A DNA stretch of 64,000 nt from Podarcis muralis (lineage: Eukaryota). A program made the translations under genes and the position numbers. The first letter of the stretch is position 1. The number at the start of each line of letters is the position of its first letter. Shown here one piece after another: positions 46,235 to 59,400 of the stretch. Where the stretch lies: the NCBI RefSeq assembly GCF_964188315.1, contig NC_135667.1, positions 24,924,001 through 24,988,000 of the forward strand, given 5' to 3'. Under the pieces are notes generated by a model, which had not been told where the DNA came from, did no database searches, and saw nothing but the letters and a program-made list of their open reading frames with translations.

Positions 46235-46600
46235 GTAAAGGTAAAGGACCCCTGACAGTAAAGTCCAGTCGCGAACAACTCTGGGGTTACAGCGCTCATC
46301 TTGCTTTACTGGCCGAGGGAGCCAATGTTTGTGTGTAGACAGTTTTTCTGGGTCATGTGGCCAGCATGACTAAGCTGCTTCTGGAAAAACCAGAGCAATG
46401 CATGGAAACGCCATTTTCCTTTCTGCCGGAGCAGTACCTATTTATCTACTTGCACTTTGGCGTGCTTACAAACTGCTAAGTTGGCAGGAGCTGGGACCGA
46501 ACAAAGAGAGCTCACCCCGTCGCAGGGATTCAAACTGCCAACCTTCAGTTCGGCAAACCCTAGGCCCAGTGGTTTACACTACAGTGCCACCCGCATCCCT
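46235..46600 (-). mobile_element. Sauria SINE
   Basis: GTAAAGGTAAAGGACCCCTGAC... reverse-orientation full copy. Confidence 0.9.
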
Positions 46601-47944
46601 TCATTATGCTTTTTATTATGTTTTTATTACTGATGCTCCGTAAAATGTGTTCTTAGTGCTATCCCTGGTCCTGAGATCTTTTGATAAAGGGTGTTATAAA
46701 CAGTAATATAATAATAATGTGTTCAATTCACTAGCTAGAGTGCACACATTATCTCTGTAGAAATATTAGAGCATATCTGTAGAAACATTCTATGACCAAC
46801 CACTTCCATTCAGTTTAAGGGGAAAGCTTTGCTGTTGGTGAATTGTGTTGACAAATGCAATGGTGTGATGGACATCTGCAGTTTGGTGAATGTTAACCTT
46901 CATTGACAATTGCAGCCATTTTAGGGGACAACATAAAATTTCAGAAATTTCTGCAACCTTGTAGGAAGTCACACTTCAACTAATTAAATAATTTTATAAT
47001 ATTTGTTTCTGGAAAAGGTAATGCACCTTTATAACATCTTGGTAAACAATGTAAACACACTTTGTAACATGCTCATTTCTTACATTAAGACTGCACTCTT
47101 ATGGACAGTTACCTGGGACTATTAACCATTGAACTGAATGGGACTGACTTCAGAGTAGATGCATATCGGATTGTGACATAATGCATTCCAAGAAGCACCA
47201 CTCCAGGAAAACAACAAAATGCATCCTCACTGCAATCATTTATGAGTCAGTGTCAATACATATCATACAAAAAGCAAGATTCAATGAAAATTTTCATTAT
47301 ATAAACAGCTGATTGAGAAACAATAGGACTACAGAACTGGATGGTTGCCTATGTTACAAACAAAACAGGAACCAAGAATATATATTAATTAAGAACAGTT
47401 ACTGATAAAATAATGACTTGTTTTATCATGTATTATTTGTGTTAGCTGTGTGGAACACATTCATAAAAATAAAATGGACTGGATTGAAATATATGGTAGC
47501 ACTGCAGTAAAACCACTGCCCCCATTTCAAATCCTAGTGTAGGACCACTGTCCCAACTCAATACATACCATAGTAGATACATTTTTTTTCTAAGGTTCTT
47601 GGTTGCTTCCATTATTTCGCTTTCTTAGCTGCTCCCTGTGATTCAGCTCAGGCTTCAGCAAAATAATATAGCATTTGGGAGAGCATGCTGGGTTTTACAA
47701 TGTTTTCATTGATTACAGTTGTTTGAAGTTTTATGTAAGTGCAGCCTAAACAACAGCAACAGCTGTTCTGCAATAGCGGAAGATGGGAAATGTACACTTA
47801 TTACTTGAACTTATATACTCTTTCTCCCCAAGTGGTGCTAAGTTTCAAGTAAAGGTCATCGGGGTGGTAGAGGTTGGGTGGCATGGTTTGCAAGTGCTGC
47901 TGCTGCTTACCCAGGTGGAAAAGAGGAAGAGTAAGGTGAGAGGA

Positions 47945-48301
47945 GGTCTAAACCACTGAGTTTCTTGGGCTTGCCGGTCAGGTCGGCAGTTCGAATCCCT
48001 GTGATGGGGTGAGCTCCCGTTGCTCAGTCCCAGCTCCTGCCAACCTAGCAGTTAAAAGCATGCCCAAAAGTGCAAGTAGATAAATAGGAACTGCTCCAGC
48101 GGGAAGGTAAACAGTGTTTCCGTGCGCTGCTCTGGTTTCTGTGTTCTGTTGTGCCAGTAGTGGCTTAGTCATGCTGGCCACATGACCTGGAAAAACTGCG
48201 GACAAACGCTGGCTCTCTCGGCCAGTAAAGCGGGATGAGCACCGCAACCCCAGAGTCGTCTGTTACTGGACTTAACTGTCAGGGGTCCCTTTACCTTTAC
48301 C
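47945..48301 (+). mobile_element. Sauria SINE
   Basis: Body matches the other copies; ends GGGGTCCCTTTACCTTTACC. Confidence 0.9.
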
Positions 48302-48396
48302 GTTAAACTAGTCATGTCTATTAATTTGAATGGGTCTACTCTGCATAGGATTATCACTGAATGCAACCAGCAGTAAATTAATTGTAGAAATGCTAC

Positions 48397-49248
48397 CTCC
48401 CAAGCCCCAAAATCTTGAAGACTTCTCTTCTTTCCTTTTATTCTGTGAATGGATCTTGATGAATACATTGCATGGAAAGAATGCATCACAGCATAAACAG
48501 CATTATAGATGCTGTAGCTGTGGCCAGTCACAGCTATTTCAAACAGAGATCCAGGAAGACTTTCTAGCCTCTCCTCCCCAGTACATTCACTACTATCCTC
48601 CATCAGATCCTGGGAATTTGGAAATGAGCAGCCAAATATTTGCTCACAGAAGTCCTTGAAAAAGCTGTTTTCTTGTGTCCTGCAAAGTTTTATATTCTGA
48701 AGAAATTCCTTAAAGCTTGGAAGCTTGTGTGAGTGCGCTGTGAACAAAATAGCACCTTGGAACGCTTGCAAATTTGCTTGGGCTTGAATGCTTGTTAATG
48801 CAACATCGATCTGGGCTGTCATGATCCACAGCTTTCTCCAAGACATCATATTTTCTTCATATACAAGATCTGTTATAAGAATTAACCATGAAATGATCAT
48901 AGTTTCTCCATAGACAATCAATGTATTAGCTGTGCTATTTGTCAAATGTTGGTTAATATTGAAGGCCATAGTGTTCATTTGGTTTCTTGTATGCCAAGAT
49001 GCTTGCTTTGGAATTCTTTCTGCAAAGGCTGAACAGATGCCATTCTGAGAAAGCATTGGTTCCAACACCTGCAAGAACTGTTCTCCACTATCATCATCCA
49101 CAGCAAATAGCCCAACCCACATCCATCCAAAATGCTGAAGTAATCGGAGAATCCCCAGGTACTGATGAGATTCATTTGGAATCATGCGGTAAAAGGAAGA
49201 TAGTTGCATTGTATCACTTTTCCCTGGGGCGAAGGAGCCATATGTCAG
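48397..49248 (-). CDS. V2R (class C GPCR) exon 3, Venus-flytrap domain
   Basis: Acceptor TAG|CTG at 49248; LTYGSF...SFYRMIPNESHQYLGILRLLQHFGWMWVGL...CTGEERLESLP...SYSIYNAVYAVMHSFH; donor GAG|GTAGCA at 48397; 852 nt open. Confidence 0.88.
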
Positions 49249-50063
49249 CTATAAAAAAATTAAAATGTTCTTATTTCAGTGGTGCCTTTGTGATGGAAAA
49301 CCTGTCAGTTTCAGTTTCTAATTTTTCCACTTTTAATATCAGTTCTTCACATTTCCACACCAGATTTTTTTAAAAAATAGTCCGCATGAAAATTCATCAG
49401 CAATTTAGTGACTTCTCTAATATACACATTTTTGTATGCAATGTTGCCTAATATAGCCAATTTTTTAAAAAGCAAATTCCCTTTAATTAATCATTTTTGT
49501 AAGCAACTTTCAGTAATATATGCATTTGTATGTGTGCACTTTGCTCTAGCATAGGCATATTTGAACACATTACTTTGCTGAAGAACTGCATTGCAAAACT
49601 TGCAGACGTGCAAATTTCAAAAGATGACTGTGTTTCAGTTTGCATATGGTTTCAGAAAGTGCAGATTAGGTAAGTTTGCTGTTAAATACAAATCAACAAA
49701 TTTTCTCCCCCATCACGAGCCATGCATTAATAGAGATGTGCATGGGACTGCTTTGAATGTAAAAGAATTTCCATGAAAACAATGCACTATCACTGTAAAA
49801 TAAAGCAACTTGAAATAACAGCAGCTATTGCAATAGCATAAAAGCAGACTGTGGGGTACAATTTTTTTTGGGGGGGGGGGAGAAGGAAGACTTCCAAGAT
49901 GTCAGATTCTATTCCATGGCACCTGTTTTCCTAGTCTGTCTGAAGACATGCCTCATCAGGATATGTTCTATAATCATCACACAATATTTTGTTTTTCTGT
50001 GAACCATGCCTCTATTTTTGTATGGTCTTTTAAAGTCCCCCAATCTCCATGCACAAATCCTAC

Positions 50064-50355
50064 CTGTGGAATCTTGTAGAGACCTAATATGTCTGATATG
50101 TGAAAGGAGATGTCTGAGCCAAGGCCACCAATGACAGCCATCAGGTTTTTTGGCAAGTCACACCTGTAGTTGGGGGGAAATCTACGCAAATTGAAAAGCA
50201 GGTCCAGAGTGGTACGATAGGTCATCATCAGGCTGTAATAGCTGTCATAGATGTGGAAACCAAGCGTGATATTATGCAAGATCTTTGGATCCTCATTGAT
50301 CTCATTCACAGCAAACGCCAAGGCTAGGATGTGCTGGTATAACTTTCCCACCACT
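50064..50355 (-). CDS. V2R exon 2
   Basis: Acceptor TGCAG|A, donor CAG|GTA; 292 nt; YQHILALAFAVNEINEDPKILHNITLGFHIYDSY...VIGGLGS...LYKIPQ. Confidence 0.9.
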
Positions 50356-50880
50356 CTGCAAATGGAGTTACATTCTCTTTCACAAGAGGATTCTACAATT
50401 CATATGAATCACTTTCGCACTGCGATGGCCCACACTACATTTCATTAAGACAAGTCTATACACACAAATGTCATAAATTTGTTAGAGGGGAGTAAACTTC
50501 AGAGAAAAACCAGAATGGTGATCAGAGGAAGAAAGATCAAATGATAACAAGATGGATGATAGAGCAGTGCAACACTGAGAGAATTGGTGAAGTACAACTA
50601 AAAAACTGCATTGAATTATTTAGTTGCAATGAATGTTTGGTGCTTTCTTATATGAATCAGAGCTTTGGTTTGCCTTCTCTACCTAGAGGTGATCCTCCAA
50701 GGTGTTAGACAATGATTTCTGTGAGCTTTGTTACCTGATAAGCTTTCAGCTGGAATTGCCTAGGATTGTACCAGAGACCTTTTCTATGTAAACAATGTGC
50801 ATCATCAGTGAGCTATTTCCAATCCACCCACCATGGAAATGCCCTGAGAGAGCTCTCCTCTACACAGCCAAATATATATA

Positions 50881-51122
50881 CAGTTGTACCTCGGGTTACA
50901 TACACTTCAGGTTACAGACGCTTCAGGTTACAGACTCCACTAACCCAGAAATAGTACCTTGGGTTAAGAACTTTGCTTCAGGATGAGAACAGAAATTGTG
51001 CTCCAGCGGCGTGGCGGCAGCAGGAGGCCCCATTGGATAAAGTGGTGCTTCAGGTTAAGAACAGTTTCAGGTTGAGAATGGACCTCCAGAACGAATTAAG
51101 TACTTAACCCTAGGTACCACTG
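50881..51122. mobile_element. Tc1/mariner (Tigger-like) MITE in V2R intron 1
   Basis: TIRs CAGT(T/G)GTACCT(C/A)GGGTTA; TA on both sides. Confidence 0.85.
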
Positions 51123-52317
51123 TATGGTGATTATTTGGCCTTCTATTGACTTGCTGCTTTTAACGACTACCATGAATACTGTGCCCTCTATTAGTTTGTA
51201 CTCTAGAAAATGCATTAAAATATACTACTCTGCAGAGCTTTTCTGAAGTAAATTATACCATACTGTCATTCCTAGCAAGGGCCATTTAAGGGAGAAGGAA
51301 AAACAAACAAAATCTTTCTCATCTTTTTCTACATAAGCTAGTCTCCTGATCTGACACTCAGTGTTTCCAAACATCTTTTTCAGGCTTGTCCAAAGTGGAG
51401 AAAAATCTGGATTTGCACCAGTCTGTCTCCCTATTAATATAAGGGAATCCATATGATGACCTCTACATCTGAGTGTTGTCCCAGACCTTTCCCTCTTTTA
51501 CTGTGGGCCTTTAAAATCCTTGCAAAGTGCAAAAAGTTTGAGATAAACACACAGACATGGACATTTAATGGAATGAAATATCCATTTTGTTCTGGTGTGG
51601 ACAAGTGCTTAGTTTATTTCCTTTTGAAATCTAAGTTCACTACTTTCTATATAACTTATTCCATCAGCTTTGCTATCTTCATGTCTGATTTTCCTCATGT
51701 CCGCATATCCTTGCAGGCAACATTTTCGAACATGAGGCTTTCTGCTTACTTATTTATTTAGGCTTTAATTTCTGAGATTCTTTTTAGATAAATACTATAC
51801 CTGGCTATATGCAAATGTGGTGTATGTAAAGAAAGCATTACCCTCTGATTCCAAGACAGGAAGAATTTTTCATCAAGGAGGAGGAAATGTGGATATACTG
51901 TGAAGAAGTGAGGGCGACAGAAGAATTAAAAAGTCAGTGATTGAGAAAGCTAGGAGCCCTCTTTGGCCATTCAGGCTAGACACATAAGCACAAAAGTATG
52001 TTGCTGTGTGAATGAGGTGTCCCTTCTCCAAAGGAGGCTGGGCGTGCAACCACTTCAGCACTGACATTTATATATTTAGCATGATGATCTGAAGGGGGCT
52101 TGCAAGTGTGTTTTCCTGAAAAGTAAGGGATCTTGATCCCAAAGAGGCTTTCAAATATATCAGACAAACATGCTAACAGGCCCACATTGGACCTTTTCAT
52201 AATATACATGGTGGTCAGGAAAGGAGGTTGTGTGCATTCCCTGTCCCTCTAAACTCATTTGCTGCAATTCACCCCCTACATACATTGTTTGAGAAGTCTA
52301 TTTCTTCCATTACTCAC

Positions 52318-52532
52318 ACTTGAACATCAAACTCATCCTGGGAAGGGTGTTTGCTGAAGAGAACATCTGAAGAAATGTAAATTATCTGAGAAGCAATTCC
52401 ACCAATGAGAAGGCTACCTGGTTGATACCACTCATGTGGAATATGGAGAGGATCGTTCATATGGCACTTCATGGTATCAACATTGAATATCATGTGAGAT
52501 AGCAGAAGCAGCAACACCACTGGTCTCACCAT
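52318..52532 (-). CDS. V2R exon 1 (signal peptide and N-terminus)
   Basis: MVRPVVLLLLLSHM...KCHMNDPLHIPHEWYQPGSLLIGGI; donor GT|GTGAGT at 52317; phase 2 joins exon 2 in frame. Confidence 0.88.
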
Positions 52533-52936
52533 TTTGACAGCAAGGCTGGTCTCTAGACACAAACTCTCCTGTGTCCTTCTGTAGCAGCAGCTTGTTACAT
52601 GGAAGAGGCTACAGTTTATGATGACTTATTCTGTCAATAGGCTTCCTGAAGATAATTTCTCCCCCCATTGGCAGCAGAATACTAGTACTTGAATTGTCAT
52701 GTCTCAACTATAACATAAAAAAGACAGACAGACACCCTGTTCTCAGTCCAAAAACAAAAAAACAAAAAACAAAAAACAAAAAAACACAACTTAGAGAGCC
52801 CGGAGCACAACTCCGAGATATCAATGGTATAGGAGTTTTTATAGGCTTTCTTATCGATTTTTCTTCTGGAAAGCCACAGGAGATGAGAAGTAATGATAAT
52901 GATTAGTGACTGTTAATTATAGGGGAGATAACAAAC

Positions 52937-53423
52937 TGTCAGGAGTCCAGGTTCCCAGCTTGACAACACAGTAAGCACAGCTAATTAGAAAGGAGGATTT
53001 ATTGCAAAAAAATATATCAACAGATAGCTCCGGACAGCTCTAACAAAGCCTCCGGCATCATTACTCAAGATGACCCTTCTAAAGAGTCCTTCTGGGATCT
53101 ACAGAAGATATTGAACTTACGACTCTCACGTCTCTTGTTTTGCTTCCTGTCTAACAACCCTCCCATTCAACAGCTTTTTGGACTAATTGTCTTAGCTCCA
53201 ACCTCTTCCCGTTCCGACAAACTATCTCCTTGCCTGTTTGTGCTAATTGATCTTCCAGAGAGCTTTGGCTGTGTTCTGGCTCACTCTCTGTTGTTCCCTT
53301 GGCAACCGGCATTCCAATGCCTGTGGGAGTTGCACTGGGCACTGTTCATCCTGCTGCAGATCTAACTCTCTCTGTTCTGCAGCAGGCTGTGGAGTTTCAC
53401 TAGGAGCTGGCTCATTCCTGACA
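52937..53423 (-). mobile_element. Solo LTR, Gypsy-type
   Basis: 8-bp inverted termini TGTCAGGA...TCCTGACA; perfect 5-bp TSD CAAAC; AATAAA on the minus strand at ~52998. Confidence 0.85.
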
Positions 53424-53831
53424 CAAACTCTGCAAAGGATGGGGTCTGAGTGACGCCACTGCTAGAAAACTCTCCCACTGCTTCCCACTGCTACCCTTTC
53501 AATTATATGAGAATTATTAATGGATGCCTCTCCTCCCCTCCCCCCCCCCCAGTCTTTCACTTGTCCCACTGCTTTTCCCTGAGAAAACACGAGCTTTACT
53601 GCTGAATCAGAGCAAACATTATTTGGGTTTTCCATAGATTGACATTTTATCTGTTTTAGTATCAAGGAACAGGTTTTCACATGGAAAGTGGCAAGGCAAA
53701 CAGAAAACTGCACAGGCCCATGCTTAGAAAGCAAAGGACAAGTGGAAAACCACTTGAACTCATGCTTCCTAGGCACGGGACAGGTGAAGTGTGGACAAGT
53801 GATAGGTCTCAATACAAGCCTTAGTCCATAC

Positions 53832-53955
53832 TGAATAGTGTTCTCGAAGCTCATGAATTTCACCAAACTGCGGAAGGCAAGACAGGAGTGCCTGGCGTGC
53901 TCTGGTCTGTGGGGTCACGAGAGTCAGACACAACTAAATGACTAAACGACAACAA
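53832..53955 (+). mobile_element. RTE-BovB 3' fragment
   Basis: ...GGCGTGCTCTGGTCTGTGGGGTCACGAGAGTCAGACACAACTAAATGACTAAACGACAACAA. Confidence 0.78.
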
Positions 53956-55029
53956 GATAGTGGTCATCATGATATCTTATGTTGAATCATTCTTTGGTGT
54001 AATAGATGGTAGACTTTTCACAGACCTGAGATTGTCTCAAGCTCCATGTCAAGCGTTCACTGAGTGACAAACCCAGGTTTGCTAAAGCAAATCAAAACAG
54101 AAAAAAGACCCTGGCTATTCAAACAAAAAAATAAAATAGAAGGGACTTGATAAATAAACTGCAAATAATAAATATGTTATCATTCAGCCTATTTATTGAT
54201 GAAACCTGGTGGTTACATTGCCAATTAATATTTAATATTTGCAGTATTTAATACAAACAATTCATAAGAAAAAAATGTTGTGCCTTGTCATAAGTGAAAG
54301 AAAAAAACAAGAGTAGAAAAATCAAGGAACCAGAAAAGTACAAATTTGACACAGTGGTATGAATGAGAAGGACGAAGTCAACACAGTACAGGAAATATTC
54401 TCAATGTTATTCAGGAGATTTCTATGAACACCTGCAATGTCAGTTGCATTATGCTTCATTGAACGATTAATATCATTTGCAATAATTTGGAAAATCACCT
54501 ATATTCAAATATGGGACCAATGCTTATAAACGACTTCTGTTTCCTTCTGCCATGTTGTTTGAGTTGAAGAAAGCTCAACATATACCAAGGATGCATATCA
54601 TAGTATCCCTGCAGACTGGGGGGGAAACAGAGGGGGAAAGCCCACAAATGTATCCAAAAAGAATTTCTGCTACTTGAACTAGGATTATAGAAATACCTAC
54701 TGCCTTCTCCAATTCAGTGGCATACTGCCTTTAAAACTTTTTAAAGAAATGTAAGTTGTTTCTTTCACCATATTTAGTGCACATTCATTCCATAGGTTAA
54801 CTATATACTGTGTGGTCCAGAAGGAGTTCTGGTATGCATCCTTTTAGGGAGCACTCTTATAGCAACATCCACCTGCATGAGTCAGGTTAGGATCCTACAG
54901 ATCTCCAAATGAGCCAGGAGGCTCTTTGTGCATCTATGTTATTACATCATAATTTCCTATCCTCTGCTGATCCACAGATATGCTGGTTGTGTCCTCCATC
55001 CCGGCTAATCCAGGCTAAACCTAACAGCC

Positions 55030-55117
55030 TGAGCCAAGCCCTGTGTATCTTAAGCTGGTGTAAGTACCCAAAACGAGTGGCTGGGGAAACCCAGCCAGAT
55101 GGGCAATGTATAAATAA

Positions 55118-55163
<46 letters not shown>
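55030..55163 (+). mobile_element. L2-type 3' tail ending in (TTA)n
   Basis: GAGTGGCTGGGGAAACCCAGCCAGATGGGC..TATAAAT(TTA)n. Confidence 0.6.
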
Positions 55164-55515
55164 GGATGGGGGTTGCAGACTAGAGATAAAGGACTTTGGT
55201 TGGAATGTAAGTATGGTCAGCTCAGTCACGTGACCTGATAGTCCAACATAAGCTAAGCCAGCAAAAATGATGCTGTGACTCAAACACTATTTTAATGGCC
55301 TATTTTCCCTCTGCTAGGCTTATGTCATCTAAACCAGCATTAGCTGTGCTCCTGAACAGCATTTGGATCTGACGTACTTTATGCTGACTTAGCATATGTT
55401 GGGTTTGCTTTATTTCACTTTCTTATGCTTAGGATGTTTTCCCCTTAAAGTACAAACTCAGTTTTTCATTTGGCCTTTCCAGATGTATTGTTTACAAAAA
55501 TGTGCCTGTGTTCCG

Positions 55516-56451
55516 TTACGCAATGAGACTTTTAATTTTTTTAGGTATTAGCCACACTGCGTTCTGTATGTCCTTGTTTCTGAAGCTGTAAATGATGGGA
55601 TTCAGAACCGGTGGCAACACTGTATACAATACAGCAGAAACCAAGTCCACAGCAGGGGACGAAAGTGATTTAGGTCTCAAGGTCGAAAACACAGCTGTGA
55701 TTATAAATAAAGAAAAGACTGTCAGGTGGGGAGTGCAGGTAGAGAAAGCTTTATACCTGCCTTGAGCTGATGGAATCCTCAGCACAACTGAGAAGATGAA
55801 GCCATAAGAAACAAAGATGAACACAATACAAAAGGAGGCCACAATGAGCCCAATGACAAATGGCAAAATTTCACTAACTTTAGTATCGCTGCAAGAAATC
55901 TTTTGTAACTGAGGCAAATCACAGAAAAACTGCCCAATAATATTTGAGTGGCAGAAGCTTAATCTAAATGTGACCGTGGTTTCCAATATTGCATTAACCA
56001 TGCTGCTCAGCCAGGAAGCAGCTGCCATTTGGATGCAGGCCTCCCAGTTCATGATTAGACGATATTGAAGTGGGTAGCAGATTGCTATGTAGCGGTCGTA
56101 AGCCATGACTGTGAGCAAGGCAATCTCAGTTCCAGCAAATGTGATCACTAAGAAGACCTGTGTGACACATCCAGCGAAAGAAATCAGTTTGTTGTTTGTC
56201 AGTGAAATGGCTATGGATTTGGGTACAGTGGTAGAGATATAGCAAACATCTAAAAATGACAAGCTTGTCAAAAAGAAATACATGGGGCTGTGTAGGTGGT
56301 GGTCTAAGGCCACAGTAGTCACGATGAGAAAATTCCCCACTAAGGCTGTTAAGTAAATGAAGAGAAACACCACAGAATGCAAAACCTGCACATCACGATC
56401 ATCAGAAAATGCCATAAGAAGGAACTCTGTTGCAGTAGTTTGGTTGTTCAT
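55516..56451 (-). CDS. Olfactory receptor, class II, OR14-like (311 aa), intact
   Basis: LHSPMYFFL, MAYDRYIAIC, KAFSTC and PPVLNPIIYSFRN. Confidence 0.96.
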   Translation of the reverse strand: MNNQTTATEFLLMAFSDDRDVQVLHSVVFLFIYLTALVGNFLIVTTVALDHHLHSPMYFFLTSLSFLDVCYISTTVPKSIAISLTNNKLISFAGCVTQVFLVITFAGTEIALLTVMAYDRYIAICYPLQYRLIMNWEACIQMAAASWLSSMVNAILETTVTFRLSFCHSNIIGQFFCDLPQLQKISCSDTKVSEILPFVIGLIVASFCIVFIFVSYGFIFSVVLRIPSAQGRYKAFSTCTPHLTVFSLFIITAVFSTLRPKSLSSPAVDLVSAVLYTVLPPVLNPIIYSFRNKDIQNAVWLIPKKIKSLIA

Positions 56452-59400
56452 TTACTTTCTTTCTGATATTCTGCGGAGTGAACGGTAAACTTGTTTAAGA
56501 TGGAGATTCTGCAAAGGGGAAGCATTTGTTCATGATTATAAAATCATAATGTGCATATTGAAGTTCAATTGTCATTTTTATTGCCCTTAGAAATATCAAG
56601 CATAATTTAACAATTTTAAGTAAAACAGGTGACATAATATTATGGAATGTAAGTTATTATTTGAGCTACCAAAAAAAGAAAAAAGAAAAAGGAAAAACCC
56701 CAACAAACTTTAAGAGAGAGCATAGGTTGTATGATATCATACAGCAAAATACCACAGAAGTGTGTGCAACCTACTCCACTCTGGATATTGTTGACAGCAG
56801 CTCTCATCCACTCCAGTGCTCATCCCCATTATATGAGATTACGTGGAAGACCACAAATTTTGCACTCTGCAGCAAAATATCAGCTACTATGCTAACAATG
56901 AAGCCACTAAGTGTTAATAACGTCTGGAATGGTTTATCAGTACTCACATGTTGTGGTTGAGAAGAAGGAAGGGGAAGACTCAGTAGCTTTGAATGTTACA
57001 ATTGGATTAAAATGGATACAAATGAAAGCATTTTAACCCTTGAAAGCATTGGGTTAAAAAATAAAAATCTGATAACAGTTCAGACCATGGTTCTGTCTAG
57101 CTCATCTGCAATGATTAGCACCAGTGCTCCAGAGATTTAGACGAGAATCTTTCTCATGCTTTGCTGAAAATACCAGTTTGTGCTCCATCACTAAATAGCA
57201 ATCTCAGCCCATTGCTGTTGAATGGGCCCAGTTCTTTTCATAAAGAAATCAAGGCAAAGATGTTGAAAGCTTCAAAGTTCTTGTCATTTAAAGCTATATT
57301 TTGGTTCATCTACACAGTTCTATGTGTCTGAGTCTGTGTGTGAGCCCCCCCTTTTTTTGCCCCACTGCTTTCCCCAGAAAAACTTGTCCTCAATTTGGGT
57401 TTTCCATAGAATGTTGTTTGCTCTGATTCAGTGTCAAAGAGTGGGTTTTCTTGGGGAAAGTGTTGGAGCTGGAAAGGCCAGGCTTGTGCCTACAAATGTG
57501 GAGCAAAGGTAAGTGTGGATGAGCCCTTTTTTGTGTGAAGGTGTTTTAACTGCAACAACTTTGAAGTTAAAAATTAAGAGGCTTACTGCCATGTTTTTAT
57601 TTCAGTGGTGCCTTTGAGCAAACAACTGGAATTCTCTTTCTCTAGAAGTGAAACATGCTCCAACATTGGTATGTTATCATTGTTTATGGGAAATTCTTAT
57701 TTTGTCCCATACCGGTCAAATTAATTAATAAATAATCTGGTGCTTATGGATATACCAGATTCATTTATTTTATGTTTACTTTATACTGCATAAACTGCTG
57801 TACAATTTTTAAAAAGTCAGAGTGATGTAAAAATAGACTAGGAAACATAATATGTATCATAAAATAATGTTGAAAACATGAAACGAAATGGAATTACCAG
57901 TAAAAGCTTCAGAAATAAAATGGAGTAATTTCAGAAAGCTTGGGAATTTTAGTTGTCTATTGACTGCAGTAAGCATCTTAACTGCTAACTATAGCTACGT
58001 TCTAACTGTAAATGTTATATGCTTCTTTTGTTAGTGAAAGAGGTATGATTGTTTAGGGTGCAAGCCACAAACTTTTGTAAAACTCATTTCCCATGGCTTA
58101 TTCATAGCTGACTTACATGAGGCAAGTAGATACAATTTATTATGCCAGGCTTGTTGTAAAAGACATTGATAGTTGAAAGCTGGGTGGATTCATGAATGAA
58201 CATAGGGTTGATTCTGAGGGTGGTCAGGGTCTTTCCATCTTTAGCAAAGGATAGGAATTTGGGAGTCCGATATTGTATTGCTGTTTCACTTTGAAATAAT
58301 CAGACCCCTCAAGAAACCTGGTTAAATATCAAATCCTTCAAAACAGCTCTTTATGCTCAGTGAGTTGCCTTAAGGGACTTGATCAGTATCATGATGAGTG
58401 ATAGCTGGACTATTCTCTTCTTGGCCACCAATGGGCAGCAACTAGGACAATTGATACTGCTGGCCAAGAAGGACAAGAGATTTGCATTTCATTTAAGAGA
58501 AGATCCATTTAAGCAACATCCATTAAAATGAAAGGGGTCCAGATCAAAAAGATTTCTGGCCACATCAGAATGGTCCTGGCATAGCTGGAATTTGACAGTT
58601 TAGCTCCCACATGGGAAGCTGCACACACCTCCTCCATGCCGGAAGGAGCACTGGAAATAGCGTTTGTGCATGCATGCGTGCGTGCACTCTCACAATTGCA
58701 CTCCGACCCACCACAGCATCTGTAGGACCGTGAACTGACCCAAGCCACAAAAACTTTGCCGACACCTGTGCTTAGATATAACCCAATCCCTTTGACTTCA
58801 GTGGGAGTTACTCCCAAGTAAACATGCACTTGTTTGCAGCCCAAGGTCTAATCTTATGCAGATTTACCTGGTAGTAAGCAGAATTGAAGACAGAGAGGCT
58901 TGTGTAGGAGTTAACCTGCAAAGGATTGTGCTCTAAATCAGGGGTGGAGAAACTATGACCATTTATAATTTTTTGAACTGCAAGTGCCATCAGCCCTGAT
59001 CATCGACCATCCTGACTGGAGTGATGAGAGGACCAGAGGTTCTCACTCACAACATATATTGTTTTTAATGTTACAATGAAAATCTCAATTTATGCCTAAT
59101 GTGGGTACATGCTTATAAGCAAATTTATTTAATGCTTCTTATGCAAAAAATAAATCCTAAATCAGACTTGTGTACGTTAAATGTAAAGCTTGTGTGTGTG
59201 TGTGTGTGTGTGTATGTAATTTTCCTTTCCTGAAAGTTACAAACACAATTCAGTGCTGTTGTCATTCTTCAACAGGAGTGTGCAAACAAATTTTACATTT
59301 TTTCCCTATCAGAAAAAGCAAAGTGGTCATAACTTGAGAAATGCATTATCGTGATAGTGATGAAATATTATCAGATTAATACGAAAGTTTCAGACATGTT

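Noticed and set aside
46880-46975. Minus-strand LQKFLK resembling the start of V2R exon 4
   Set aside because: Similarity ends after six residues, a stop follows, and no NNSAG or VKVG motifs are present.
54909-55238. 109-aa ORF with poly-Leu
   Set aside because: Translation of a (TTA)n LINE tail.
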